A stretch of 54,941 nucleotides of DNA, the filler included, from Catajapyx aquilonaris (lineage: Eukaryota): NCBI GenBank assembly GCA_000934665.2. It is 3 parts of 3 records of this genome, joined end to end, with 100 filler letters (N's around TTAATTAATTAA, not from the genome) between each part and the next. Parts side by side here need not be neighbours in the genome. Positions count along the whole stretch, not along the records: positions 1 to 18,239 come from JYFJ02006738.1; positions 18,340 to 36,568 come from JYFJ02006739.1; 1 more part is not named here. One strand, given 5' to 3'. A model generated the notes under the pieces. It was not told the origin of the DNA. It was given only the letters and a program-made list of their open reading frames with translations, and did not search any database. Below, piece after piece: positions 12,314 through 25,180 of the stretch. The position numbers and the translations under genes were made by a program. Position 1 is the first letter of the stretch; each line of letters starts with the position of its first letter.

Positions 12314-13425
12314 GGTAGTTCTTGCGCTTGGAAACGGAGGGAAGGGGGAGGGGTGTTGAGCCTATGTTTATACATGGGGCGAGCTGGCCAATACCAACTT
12401 CTGCGATTGTAAGACATTTCTGCTAGTATTTCTCTGAAGCAGAGTTTTGAGTACGTGTTTCGCGTCGGATACGTTACGTGAACATTTATTTGGGGGATAA
12501 TAATTCCCTCGTGCACTTTTGTCCCGGAGAAGAGTAGAAATATGGCTGTTCCAAATACCGGAAAAAGTGCGGCAAATCCGGAAACGTTGCATACGTTGGC
12601 AGCCCTTATCTTGCCCTTATCAACAATGTATCGATGTTTCGATGTATCGATATTTCCCCCCAACGATATATCGAGTTCTCGACCCCGATTATTACATCGA
12701 TATTTTAATAAAATTACACTGATTTGAGTTTATCAGACATCGATATTTTATAAGTAAACCATCGATATATCGATATCAATACATCGATAGTCCCATCTCC
12801 CCCGCCCCATTCGAACGTGCCTCCTTTGCTGGTAACTCAGGTAACTGTCTAGTCGATCAATAACTTGAGACCAGAGACCAATCTCCCATGCACAATCATA
12901 CACAATCATACAGTACCGGACCGGCGTTTCATTCAGAAACTCCACGGACAACACTTGCACTTCCCTTGTCAGTTACATGCCATTCTGAAACCTAGGCGGC
13001 TCGGGATTTTCAAATCCCGAGCGAAGGCCGCCATGACGACCGTCGCTTACAGCGTTGCCACTTCGACGCCAACTGTAGAGTCCGCTCCTCACAAAATGAC
13101 AATTTGCGGGGGAAGGACCAAGGTGACCCTTATGAAAATCGCCACTAAATTAATCTCCCGACTTTCCCCCACATTAATATGGTTTTTTGTTAACATCTGA
13201 ATATTTTTAAAGAAGCTAGGGACACTTTTCTCGAGGCCCGCAAACCGGCTCCCATAAGGCTCCATGCATAAGGGGCCACCAGAAGCTCAACTTTGAAAAT
13301 TAATATCTCGCAAACGAGATAGACGAACCTCTTGAAACTTCACAGGAGTATGTGCGACATGCCCAGGAATGGATGGTGTGATTTTCACGAAATTGTCAAT
13401 AAATGGACTTAGCTCAAGAACTACC
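12314..13425. mobile_element. Kolobok-type non-autonomous element with an internal ATCGAT-rich block
   Basis: TTAA|GGTAGTTCTTGCGCT ... AGCTCAAGAACTACC|TTAA. Many ATCGAT copies at ~12620-12790 may be a nested element. Confidence 0.7.
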
Positions 13426-14164
13426 TTAAAAGCATTGGCATGAAGGTTGTGTCCCGCTTCCTGGCAACCATAGCAACAAGCTTTGTATAATGATGCTGCT
13501 ATAGATGATAGAAATATGCGTTACTATGGGTACCCTATATATTTGCCCTCATGTTGCCTGTGGAGTCACCGTGTTCTACTGTGATTGCATAGACCTTTGG
13601 TATGACACCCTGGGTGTATTCGTGAGGGGAGGCGTGCCGCGAAGGTTTGTTGCTTGCTGTTATATTCACAAATTATTTATAGTTAAATGGGGAAAACTAC
13701 TGCTCGCGGCGCGTCCCCTGAAAATAGTGCATCAGCTGCTGGAGCAGCCCGCGAGGCTGCATCCGAATTAGTAGTTCGTCACGTGATCGCTGTATCGCAT
13801 ACGGAGTACTACCAGCCATCGTGACTGTTCCAAACCTCCTGTGTCCTGCTGCACCTACGACCTACATTGCTCATTTGCACTGTACTCGCACTCGCAGTAC
13901 GCGCAGTAAGTTGCAGCACGTAGGTGACAAGAATTCAGGGCACAGTTCCGACATGCTGACCAATGCTACAATCACTGATCTTGATATTTTAGACATGCCT
14001 GGAACTTTGGGCGAATGCGGGGGCCACATTAAAATGTGACTTGTGTGGAAAATGGAGCCCCCGTAACATAACGAGGCCATACCACGCACCAGGAGGTATT
14101 GCTGGACGTGCATGAGGGCGATGCAATCGTAGGATTCATCGTGGTAAGTGTGACCAATATGTCG

Positions 14165-14300
14165 GCAGAGTGCCCCTGCGGTAACGTATGCGCCCACGGA
14201 TGTTCAGGTCCCGGGTTCGATCCCAGCCCGGCGACACCCCCTTCATCTCGTGCAGAGTTGGGTCGTCTCTAGGGGAATTTCCTTAGACTAATCCACCCCG
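14165..14300 (+). mobile_element. tRNA-derived SINE head, degenerate
   Basis: Pol III B box GGTTCGATCCC at 14214-14224 with a weak A box upstream. No intact cloverleaf. Confidence 0.45.
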
Positions 14301-16151
14301 GGGAATTCACAAAATAGCATTAGCAAATAGCAATGACATTGCACTGCACTTTGCACATCCCCTCCTGTCATCCTTCCCGTGGGCCTGGGCGTTTCGAAAA
14401 TGGTTCCAAATGTGTACATACATGTAATGTACAATTGAGTAATAATAAAGGTCCGTGCAACGATACCGATAAGGTGAAAAGCACTACCCCTACGATTTTT
14501 AAAAAAAATATGTGCTGCGTGTATCTCTGCTGCTGTGTAGTTGTAATAGTATGCCTCATGCATCAACCAAAACCTATTTCGGAGAAGCAGAAGCCAGCCC
14601 TTCTAATTCCGAAAGTGGTGGGCATCATAAGGCTTCTCATTGATCCTCATTCTCATCCTCATGATGACCCTCATTCAGTTGGTGGTGGTGGCCTGCATGC
14701 CCAGCATGATGATCTTCATTCAGATGGTGGTGAATTCTTTAAGGTGCTTGAGATTGCATGTAAGCTATTATTCTTGGGTGATATGTTTTTTCATGCCTGT
14801 ATACTGTACTTCTGGAATTGGAGATCTGCTTTCTGCTTTTTGTGTCATTCTTGCTTCAAATCAGCATTTGAAAAAAATATTTTGTTCTATGCACTGTCTT
14901 GTATTGTAAACTGTTCTTACATTTCGTGCTTAAGCTCCTGGTCTTGGTTTTTGCCCACATGTGCAACTTTCAATCACATACTTATAATTTGTTTGAATGT
15001 GCTTGTAAGCTTTATAGGAGTATTTTTGTGTGATTTGCTTTTATGTCCATATCCTTAGAGGAATTGTTGATTGAGTTTTGCTTCAAATGATTAATTTCCC
15101 CGATATGCATAGTGTTTTTCATTTCCAACTGTCTGTACATTTCTTACTTGACACAGATGTGCCTGATTTATCTGTTCTGCATGTTTTTCTTATTCACTAA
15201 CTGACTCTAAAGCGGAGGAGACTGCTTGGGCAGTTGCATAAACAGTTCGAACCAGTCATCTATCTGATCTATCTGCACAGTATACTCATCTTTTACTGTT
15301 ACCTGCTTTTGAATGCTCTTGTACTTCAAATGTGATTCAATGCCTGCATGATTTCCTGATTTCCTTACTGATTCTAATGCCTCCTTTGCATATTTTTGAG
15401 GTTAATATATTTTGCATGCTTGATATGGCATTATGGTGAAGCAGCAGGCAAGCCCTGGCTGGCCGGCATCATCTCACGGTCAGTCTTCCCCTGAATCTCA
15501 TCGGCCGCCTAAGCATTCCTTTCCCCGGCTCATTTCCCGCCAAAAGCCTTCAAGGCCAGACTCGAGCCACTCTGGCTTGATCGCCACAAGGTCCGCGCCT
15601 TGCCCTAAAAAGCGGCACCCAAGGCACGGGCAACTCACTTGATATGCAGCACGCATCTGCAGTCTTCATCGAGGAACATCCGACCTCCGCAGCGCATCAG
15701 ACAACCGGTCCCTTTCAGCAAACACGAGCATCCGTAAAGGGGCTCATCTTCTTTCAAAACATTTTGTGAGACCAATATATTAATACCAGTTTCATTCCAG
15801 GAGAAATAATACTGAAATCAATAAAGGCCCTTTCCAATCACAATTCTTTTTTAAAAGTCCCTCAATCCTTAAAATCCAACCATAGCATGACAAGGCTAAT
15901 TGATATTTCAGGCACTTTGCTGCAGGTGGATACGATAGGAAGTAATTCTGGATTGATATTGTCTTGGTATAAAAACGTCATGGGAAATGGCCAGTAAAAC
16001 TATGAAGCCCAACCAATGATTCACACACTCGGTAAGGAGGTCAAATGTCTGGTATTATGTTGTTGATGGAAACTAACATTTAAGAAACAGGCTGTATTTT
16101 AGCCAACCAGAATGCGATAATAATATTGCTGCTGTGGAATATGCGTAGGAT

Positions 16152-16259
16152 ATACTAAATCGCTGAAAAACATAAGAGACGATTTTGCATTTGATTCAAG
16201 TGCAGGATGCACTTGAGCCAAATGCAAAATCGTCTCTATGTTTTTGAGCGATATAGTAC
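16152..16259. mobile_element. Palindromic ~106-bp MITE, diverged copy
   Basis: Same family as 40634-40739 and 42851-42956. Confidence 0.85.
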
Positions 16260-16785
16260 TATCGGTCCATCAAGAAATGTCGCAGCGGCAGCGCACGAAC
16301 TACAGTCTATACGAGCGCTTCTCCCCCCGGACGCTAGATGCCGGTAGTCGCAAGTAGTGCGCACCCCCTCCCCCACATGCTCGTCCCCCGGCCTTCCCCC
16401 CCGCTCATCTGACTTTTCACCACGTGAGGTGACCACTGGCCACCCACCCACCCACCCACCCAACCCCCCACTTTCCTTATCTCCCTGAGCTGCGCGTTCG
16501 AGGTCGTTGTTGATTAGAACCCGTCCAACCTGACCTTTTTATTTATTTTCCTCCTTTTGCGCTGCCCGGACTTATCCGGCGGAACCGTGGCAAGTTTGGA
16601 GGAATCCGACTGCTGATAATTAGAGCCCGGATTTTTAGGCACGAAAAAACACCGAAATAGGCACGAAAAACCCTCAAATAGGCACGAAAAAAAAATCAAA
16701 TCAGCACAAAAAGTTTACTTTTCTGGGCATATCGAGGATTATGTTACAGAAAGTAAAAAGCCAGAATAATTTTATAGGCCTAAAG

Positions 16786-17686
16786 TCTAATATATATAGA
16801 GCCCCAATCCGAGGAGGAGGAGGATATAGGATGAAAAAGATTTCGCACTTCCCGGCGTCGCAGAGACCTCGGACTTGCGCCGTTGGATTTCTAGCCGCCG
16901 ACATACCGATTCCAAAAATCCTCATAATCGCCAAATTCCCAGCCGTTTTCGAGATCGCCAAATTAAATGTAGACGCAAACCCGAGATCGCGAAATTAATG
17001 TATCCGCAAACTTCCCGAGAACAATAGCTCCATCCATCACCCGCTGACAGCTCACTCTAATCCCACCTAGCCGTTTTAAAATGATACGGGTCCAGATAGT
17101 TGCCCCAGGCGGCCAACAGACGAGAGCCACCATCACCTGCCCCAGCACCACCCACTCCCTCCCACGGGAGCCCCCTCGAATCCTCCTCCCCTCCCCACCG
17201 CCGCCACCACGTCATCTGTTATTGCGTCATGTTGGCTTTTCACGATACGTCAGCTAGGGCGCATTCAGATTATACTCCACACCTTCAGTAGTGACGTCAC
17301 GGGTTCTGTAAACGGATACCACCTCGCTCCGACCGATTTTTGCGTAACAAGACTTGCTGTGCTCGGGTCGGAGAGTGTCGGAGGAAGTGTGGGGCGGCCG
17401 GCTGCACTTGCGCCGGACCAATTCGCGCCGAAGGCGCGCAAGTGGGGCGCACTCATTGTTGTTGGTTGATCGGTGGTTGATTGGCTGGATTGATTGGCTG
17501 GATTGATTGGCTGGGTGGTGGGTTGTCTGATTGTTGCAGGTGTGGTATTTGTCATGATTCATTGTTGACTCCGTTGACGACATACTCCAGGTTATTGTTG
17601 CCAGCTCTCTAGTGGTGCTGGGTAGGCCCGGGCGGGAACGCGTAGCGCCGAGGGCGCGGAGCCCCCCCGCCTCGCAAAGCGAGTCT
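16786..17686 (+). mobile_element. Non-autonomous Helitron, tandem copy 1
   Basis: 5' TCTAATATATATAGAGCCCC. The 3' hairpin CTCGC-AAA-GCGAG is followed by TCT fused to the next copy. Internal GATTGGCT-like microsatellite. Confidence 0.75.
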
Positions 17687-18239
17687 TCTAATATATATAA
17701 AGCCCCTATCCGACGAGGAGGAGGATGAAAAAGATTTCGCACTTCCCGGGGTCGGAGAGACGTCGGACTTACGCCGTTGGATTCCTTGCACCCGACTTCC
17801 TATTTTCAAAAATCCTCAAAACCGCGAATTTCCCAGCCGTTTTCGAGATCGCCAAATTAAATGTAGACGCAAACCCGAGATCGCGAAATTAATGTATACC
17901 GCCAAATCCCCCCGGATCCCCGAGAACAATGGACCACCCACTCCCCTCCACCCGCTTGTCCCTCAACCCCACAGCTCAAACCGCTCAAACCAAGCCGTTG
18001 CAACGATACGTCACAGATGGTCCCACCTGTCCTCCCAAGCGCTGTTTTGAACGATACGTCAGAGATGGCACGTTCGGAAACTCCTCATCGCTACCGGTGA
18101 CGTCACTGATTTCTGTAACCGGATGGATTAGGCGGAACACGGGCATAGCGCCGAAGGCGCGCCAATTGGGGCGCAGCCCCAAGGGGGGGTGTGTGGGGGG
18201 GGGGGAGGCGGAGCCCCCCCACCTCGCAAAACGAGTCTA
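17687..18239 (+). mobile_element. Non-autonomous Helitron, tandem copy 2
   Basis: 5' TCTAATATATATAAAGCCCC. 3' CTCG-CAAAA-CGAG-TCTA at the contig end, consistent with CTAG. Confidence 0.75.
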
Positions 18240-18339
18240 NNNNNNNNNNNNNNNNNNNNNNNNNNNNNNNNNNNNNNNNNNNNTTAATTAATTAANNNNN
18301 NNNNNNNNNNNNNNNNNNNNNNNNNNNNNNNNNNNNNNN
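18240..18339. other. Artificial contig spacer (44 N + TTAATTAATTAA + 44 N)
   Basis: Exactly 100 bp, with a six-frame-stop palindrome at the centre. Identical to 36569-36668. Confidence 0.95.
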
Positions 18340-18365
18340 GCTTCTATCATAAAATGCAGTTTTTT

Positions 18366-18565
18366 TTAGCGAACCGCTAGGACTAATGGCATGTTGACGG
18401 CCCATGGTGGTAGCAAGGTTTGCAGTAGAGTGATGGTAGGGATACTGCGGGTAGGTGTGGAGAGCTCGGTCAATGAAGAGCAGTCATTGTTAATGGTGCC
18501 ATCACCTCCCATCTGCATGGGCTCTTCGCCATTAACATGGAGTGCCTCAGCTCCGTCGCGGTTTT
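18366..18565 (-). CDS. THAP-domain ORF, exon 3 (low-complexity tail)
   Basis: Acceptor ctacccacag|AA, phase 1, matches exon 2. Open to TAA at 18366-18368, close to the contig end. Confidence 0.55.
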
Positions 18566-18852
18566 CTGTGGGTAGATATATTATGTACTTACATCCACAT
18601 TTTGTGTCTTAACAAAATAATGTGATCTTCATTAAATTAGGGAATGCTGGCTCATTATGCAGAAAGTTTTAAAAGTGTATGTCAATGTTACACTTCAAAG
18701 AAGCCACTGTAAGTGAAAATGACCTGAAAATTTATATTCACAATCCCTTGAATTGTTAATAATTTCCAGATTGAATTATAAACAACTGCCCTGGGGCAAT
18801 GGACCAGTGAACAAAATGTACTCGAGTAGTATTGACATCTTGAGATCCATAC

Positions 18853-19016
18853 CATTCATATAGGGTGTAGCATTCCAGTTCAGGGATGTATGCTGGGGAT
18901 CTGCATACATTTCTGGAGCAAAATGTTTGCTGCAGAGACGGTAGGTTTTATTTAACCTGTCCTCTGCAACGTCTTTCAGGTCTTCTCTTTGAGCAGCAAT
19001 AAGCCATACCAACAAC
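18853..19016 (-). CDS. THAP-domain ORF, exon 2
   Basis: LLVWLIAAQREDL...YRLCSKHFAPEMY...LNWNATP carries the THAP W, CxxHF and AVP-box equivalents. Acceptor ttcag|G, donor G|gtatgg. Confidence 0.85.
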
Positions 19017-20136
19017 CTGAATTAAATTTTTGGTCAGAAAATATTGCACACTTATTAGTTGAGGGGTGTGGTGGAAAAACATGATAACTGACAAAGGTGT
19101 AATTTTTCAGGAGAGTGAATTGAAGTTTGTATTTTCTGAACAAATCATAGGGAATGCTGGTTTTGATCTAGTCCGTGTGGCTGTCTCGTGCATGATACGT
19201 GAACTTGGAGTATACCAAACTGTTTGTCATGTCTTTTACATCATTGCTAGGTGTTTAGGTCATAAATGACACAAATTTCAGTTATGTTTTTCCACCACAC
19301 CCCTCAGTTCTACTTGTATAATTTATGTGACTCATATACAGTACCAGGTTGTGCACACACATTGTCATTCTGAAGGGGATGCCAACAAGGGAGGATGTCA
19401 TTTTTACTCTTAAAAAATTATGCCAATTGACATCACAGGTGCTGTAAAACGTTTGAAGGGAAAATCTGTGCCAACTACAGGGTAATCCAAAATTCGTGTT
19501 TGATTCCTGTTGCAACTGTATTTTGGTAAGCTGCTTATTTTAAGCAGTTACTTTTGCATGGTTTTGGTGGTTGTAAGAAAACATTATATGTTACTCTTAT
19601 GTTGTTATGTATATCTTAAACCTTCAATGGGAGTCGGGCCTTCAAAATATATGTCATCTAATGCATTTATTATCAGTATTGGAGCTAATTTATTGCTCAA
19701 GAGTCATATTAGCAATTACAACATATAGGTAGTAAAAATAACGGAAGAACTGAGAAACTAATAAAGTTACAATTCGTTGCCCAGAATAGTAGGAATATTT
19801 TTTATTACGTACATCCAGAATGTTGTCTTGATTTCTACCTTTGTTGGTAGCATATGTAAATAATTTCAGAGCTGCAGTTCATCAAGTTTGGTATGGTATA
19901 TAAGCAGTGTTCAGTGCCTCCTTGGCCTAGTCTCACCCCAAATGATGCTTCTAGGATTGTGTGACAAAATATTTAGTTTGTAGATCCAATTATGTAATAA
20001 AAACCAGAGAGAGGGGGGAGGGTGTTGTCAAAGTATGGCAAAGAAGTATAACTAGAGGAGGAGGAAAGGGAGCTTCGAAAATGACAAAAATGTTACTATG
20101 TAACCCAAATTTCAGATTATTTCATATTCACTGCAC

Positions 20137-20231
20137 CTGTTTCTCTCCTTCGGAAATCGATGGAAGGATATCCCAGAAGGTCCCTCGTGCTTGCTGGTGC
20201 ATCCCTTGGCGCAACAATACGTTCGTGGCAT
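20137..20231 (-). CDS. THAP-domain ORF, exon 1
   Basis: ATG at 20231 gives MPRTYCCAKGCTSKHEGPSGISFHRFPKERN. Donor AG|gtgcag, phase 2, joins exon 2 in frame. Confidence 0.85.
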
Positions 20232-22329
20232 GGCTTTGGCAAGAGGAGGTCCGCTTTGGTGCTTGTTGCCCTCAGAAGCACTTTTGGAACACTCCGCAAG
20301 AATCGGAGTTATTTCAGGTCAAATGAAGGCTACTTCCCCATTCTTTAAGGAAATATTTACACAAAATCTTTACACAAATCCTGACACAAAATCTGAATTA
20401 GAAACACACATAAACAAACAAATACACATAAATAAATTGAAATGTCATTTCATCATTTTGAAATCTCACCATTAATTCTTCCTCTAGGTGTATGGTGATG
20501 ATGTCCAGGTCCTGTGACTCTTCTTCCTCCTGGACGCTCTTAATTTGGGTGCTCTCTCCAAGCATGACGCTGTCCTCGGCTCTATATCTTGAGTGCTGCT
20601 GGCTGGCAGCAACTTCTTTAACACCAGGGTGTCAATGGTCTGGCTCACCCACTGCTGTTCAATCCAGGGCCTACTGCCGATGATGTGGTCGTCGATGATG
20701 GACTTATGTACTGATGAGATTAGACCACAAAGTTTGGGTGACGTGGTCATTACAGCCACGGGCCCTCCTTGTGTCTTACTCTGCGGGACCACACGAATTC
20801 GATGTCCGTAGAGTGAGACGGCACCAAAATGAGGCCAGGCCACTCCTTGTCCTGGCTCTTCTCTAAGGGAAAAGCAGTCCTGGGTTCAGAGCAAAATCCT
20901 GGTTGTATGACAATAGTGTTGGTGTGAAGGGCAGATAATATCAAGAGGGAACAATTGAATAACCCATAGAAAATCCTGGGCATTACAGCCTTATTCCAAT
21001 GGTTCATCCCATCATTCTCCAGTGTCCAGCTTTCGACGTCATAATTATGTCATTTATTAGGTTTGACATCACCCAATGACGTATAATTTTGTCCAACGAG
21101 GAAAACCTGTAACAGTGAAAAACTTGACCAGCCTAGCCACTGTACCTATCGCATAACAGTTTAGTGATTATTTTCTAAGAAATGCGATTGAAATATCTCT
21201 CAGTTATTTGATGCTTTGTTCGTCTCAACAAGTATCTGAGAGTAATTTTTTTCTGAGATTAATGCAAGGATGCTTGACCACTGATTGCGAGTAACCTGTG
21301 AGGCGTTGGCAATGGTGATAATTTAAACAATGCCCTTTGTGACAATCACATGTTTTCAGCACAACTTGGGACATCACCCGACTAATTTGTCAGCCTGACT
21401 TAGGATGACCTAAATTGATCTCTGTAGCTACGGAAAAACACCACCGTGAATGGCGCAATGCGGCATTATTGCTTTCTCTTATTGTCGGCATCTCACATGG
21501 TGCTGTAGCAGTTTAACTTTATTGCATCATTACTCGTGTCTACTATTCCGTGAGATTCTCCTCCCCATCAAGGCGACGGGCTGAGTTGTCTTTGTCGATT
21601 ATTCATTATTATTGTTTTATTCAAGACCGTCAAGGCCATAACGATCCAGTGACTTCAAGAGTATAACCACTGACCGAAAATCAGTCGCAGTTAGCTCTTG
21701 TTTTATTGGCACAGCAGCATATTATGGTGAGGATAATGAGGAAATTTGGGCACTTTCAATAATTAATTTGAGATGTGATCCAGCGAACTCAATAAAAAAC
21801 ATCGTTTTCACTCTCACTTCATCTATAGTAATAAAGATATATAGATGATGTAACGAATGCGATAAATTTTCTTCCCATTTATATTGCATTGGTATAATTT
21901 GAAAAACGTATCCTCATTGTTGTATGGGACCAGGATCACTCTAATCGTGTTGGCCACTTCAAGTTGTCCTCAATTTGTCTCCGGCACCGGGACAACTGAT
22001 AAGCGTAGAGTTACGCGATGCATGAGGTTGCCGATGTTTTGTGTCAATTATTGCTAATTTTCTGGTCATAAAATGACACAAAGTAAGTAGCATGTTCCAT
22101 CGCTGTATTAGATATAGTTTTGTACAACAGGCGGTTTCAGATGAATGTACACCCGCGCTGGAGAAGCAAGGCGTAGGATGTCATGAGATGATTTGGTATC
22201 TCTTGCGCCAAGTCGCCAGATGAGCCAGTTCACTAGCATGGCATGAATGAAACAAAAACGTTAGGGTTGGGAACACTGCCTTGAGCATTTGCGAAGGTTT
22301 TCTCAGTCATTATTGATGCGAGCGATCAC

Positions 22330-22990
22330 GAAGAGCAAAGTGTCGTAAGTACCTTCTCTCGATATGCTCGGAAGTTTGCAGCAACTGTTGATACAGCCTA
22401 CCACTACGTCCCTTTTCTAATGCTGTTGAAATAATCAGGGTTATCATTCTGCCAACCTCACCTGCATGTTTGATGACAGGCAATGTCTTGAAAGCAGTTC
22501 TATGGATTTTTTTTTCGTTTCTTCTGTTTGCCAAGAACTCATCAGCCTGCATTGTTATCGTTATTGTATTTCCTTGTGGATCAATTGTAGCAGAGGTTCT
22601 TCTGGCAGCTCTTCGTTGCTGTTCACAGCATTTGATTGTAGGATAATCAGGGTATCCATCGAAAACCACCACACAGTTGCTCCCGTATTAAGATCGGATA
22701 ACAGATATATGTAGCTGGAAACTACTGCTCCATAGGTGGCAGGTCGGGGCCATACTACACGGTGCAGGAGATGACCACCGCCTATAATGTACGCACAGTT
22801 CCGAGGAATGTGTGGGAACTCCTCGACGTGGAATGCTTTTACCAAAGAAGATTTCACTTCTTTCCTTTGTGATACATCCTCAAATAAAGAAGGAGGCCTT
22901 GGTGCAAGATCAAACGTAAAAGACTCCTTTAGCTTATGTGGTTCTCTCTCAACACATATAATCCTGTTAAAAATCCTGCTGGGTGTTTAC
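22330..22990 (-). mobile_element. Degenerate DNA-transposon protein fragment, XPG/PIN-like domain as in Academ elements
   Basis: Frameshifted pieces FDLAPRPPSLF...KSSL, IIGGGHLLHRVVWP...TY and VVFDGYP...K..EQQRR...EFLANRRN. The superfamily assignment is from recall. Confidence 0.6.
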
Positions 22991-24510
22991 AATAACAGAA
23001 TCGCTACTAGCCGGATAGCAGAACTAACCTCTGCAAGCGGTTTCACTTTGCATTTCCTCCATTGATTCTTCTCTCTTGCTTTGTCACAAGTTAGTGATAT
23101 ATGCCACCTACCAGTCCTGTTGATATATCTACACTCACACCCACATCTTTGAAAATGCCCATCTTGGAAAATGTCGACCGAAATCCCATTTTTCGACATG
23201 CTGCATATTGAACAAAGGAAATTAGATTTCTGGCATAATGGCAAGGTTTATCAAAAAAAAATGCAAAGAATAAATTATATGGGCAATTGTATCGCAAACC
23301 TTTTTTTGTTTAAAAAACATTTTTATAACATTTGTATTTTCCGAGATAAGAGTGAAAAATTGGATTTCGGCGGCCATTTTCCAAGATGGCGGCCGTCGGA
23401 CAGCATGGATTTCCGAGGACTTTTAGTATGTTACAAGCGTGATCAAATATTACACATACACCAAATCTCTTGTTGTAAGGGTTTGTTTTTTCCCTGGTGC
23501 CGACATTTTGGTCTAAAATGACTGCACCGCAATTGTAAAGTAAACGGCGGCAATTGATACTTACTTTCTGAATGTGACCCAACTTGTATTTGGCCTGCTT
23601 TTTCGCCAGATAATAATTACAGGACACTTAGCCAATTTGGGCATTTTCCATACAATGAAATGGAGGTAACTTGTCCAACCATTGAGAATCGGTTCATTAC
23701 ATGTATTTACTGCGTTGTGTAATAAAACATTACCATAGAGACTATAGGCTGTACTCCTGACGGGAGTGTCGGCGTGAAAGTTGTTAGTTTCAGTTTTCAT
23801 CACACTGTACATCCGATTCTTCCGTCACTTCACTTCGTCCGCAAGTAATCCCCCAGAATATCCCCTCTCAGCGGCGGCATTCTGGCACCAGATCGCTTTT
23901 CGAATTTAGTCATGATTGTCCTTCTCTCACTTACTGTTATGTTATGTTGGGTCTCACGTCACCCTCTGGATAGCAAATCTTTCTATATCTCCGGCTATTT
24001 AGTCGCTTTTGGCGGTGTCCGGACAAATACTGGCAATCGAAGAGTTACGATATATTTTCTCCTACGGAGCAAGATATATTCAGATTATTCATATTGATTA
24101 TTGATCTTTTACTCATCATAAAATGACACAGCATCAATAGCATATTCCATCCTTATACGTACTAATGTCTCTGTCTTGCATAAATTCTGCTACCAACACA
24201 TGATATTATATGATTGCCTTAAGTCACAATTGCTTTGGTTGACTCCCGGAGTGATGGAGAAATTTATGACCGTGTATGGTGCAAGGTGATATTTGTCCCA
24301 TATTTGGTAGCTCTTGTGCGTTTGACAGCAATGTCTAAGTCGGGTGGTTTTCATGAAGGAGTAAAATACCTAGGTACATTATTTTTATTCCAGGTTCACT
24401 CTCTCTATGCCTTTGGGCCTTTACTTTGTGTAGAACTGTCGAACCCTCCGCGTAATTGAGATTCTGGAAGAATTCGGAAGTTGTGGCTATGCAGGTGAAT
24501 ATTGAAATTA

Positions 24511-25180
24511 TGTCGAGACAACAATTGAGTTTTCAAGTTTCAATTATTATTCAACAACTTGTTACATAAGAATGCAACACAAATTATTACATTACACTTG
24601 TTACCAATTGGCAACTGAATTTACACATTCGTGTGCGGTTGTCGTGCCTCCCTTACTGTTGCTGATTTTTCCATGGCGGGCAGCTTCCCGTCCGCTGGTA
24701 CATACTCGTATAATCATCACACGGAGTCTGGATTGTTCGGCCGTCTAGAAATGGTCGTCCTTCGCTGGCGGTTGGATGGTCAGCAACGGTGTTGTTGTAG
24801 TTGTCCCGCACCCTCCGTCTTTCTTCAGCTGCTGCCCGAAAATCAGCCAGGCCAAAATGATTCCATTGGCTACTCATTAAATGTTACGTTACTCCTCACT
24901 GGCCATCACTGCCGATGCTTCAAGTAAGATGTCAAAATAATATTGATTGGCTGCCTGAAGAAATGACGTAGTGTACTAAACAGCTAGCGTCAACAATAAA
25001 CTCTTGTTGCCGGCAAAGGCTCACTCCTTACATCCCTTCCCATGTCGCAGGAATGTAGGGAGGGAGGCAAGCAATGTGGTATCGGATGCGCGTGGTAGAA
25101 ACTGCATGATCAACAAAAGACGCATAAAAAGAAGCTGGCTTCAAAGTGAAGCCAGCCTGCTCAAGGCTATTTACTCGACA
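24511..25180. mobile_element. Probable LTR
   Basis: TG..CA inverted termini (TGTCGAG ... CTCGACA). No matching TSD. Confidence 0.4.

Noticed and set aside
14333..15058. 241-aa plus-strand ORF
   Set aside because: Non-ATG start, Cys/Phe/Ile-rich composition, no PP2C motifs, and it crosses repeat boundaries. It is probably the antisense shadow of a decayed sequence, not PPM1G exon 3.
18284..18295. TTAATTAATTAA as a piggyBac site or regulatory motif
   Set aside because: It is centred in symmetric N runs and repeated identically, so it is an assembly linker.
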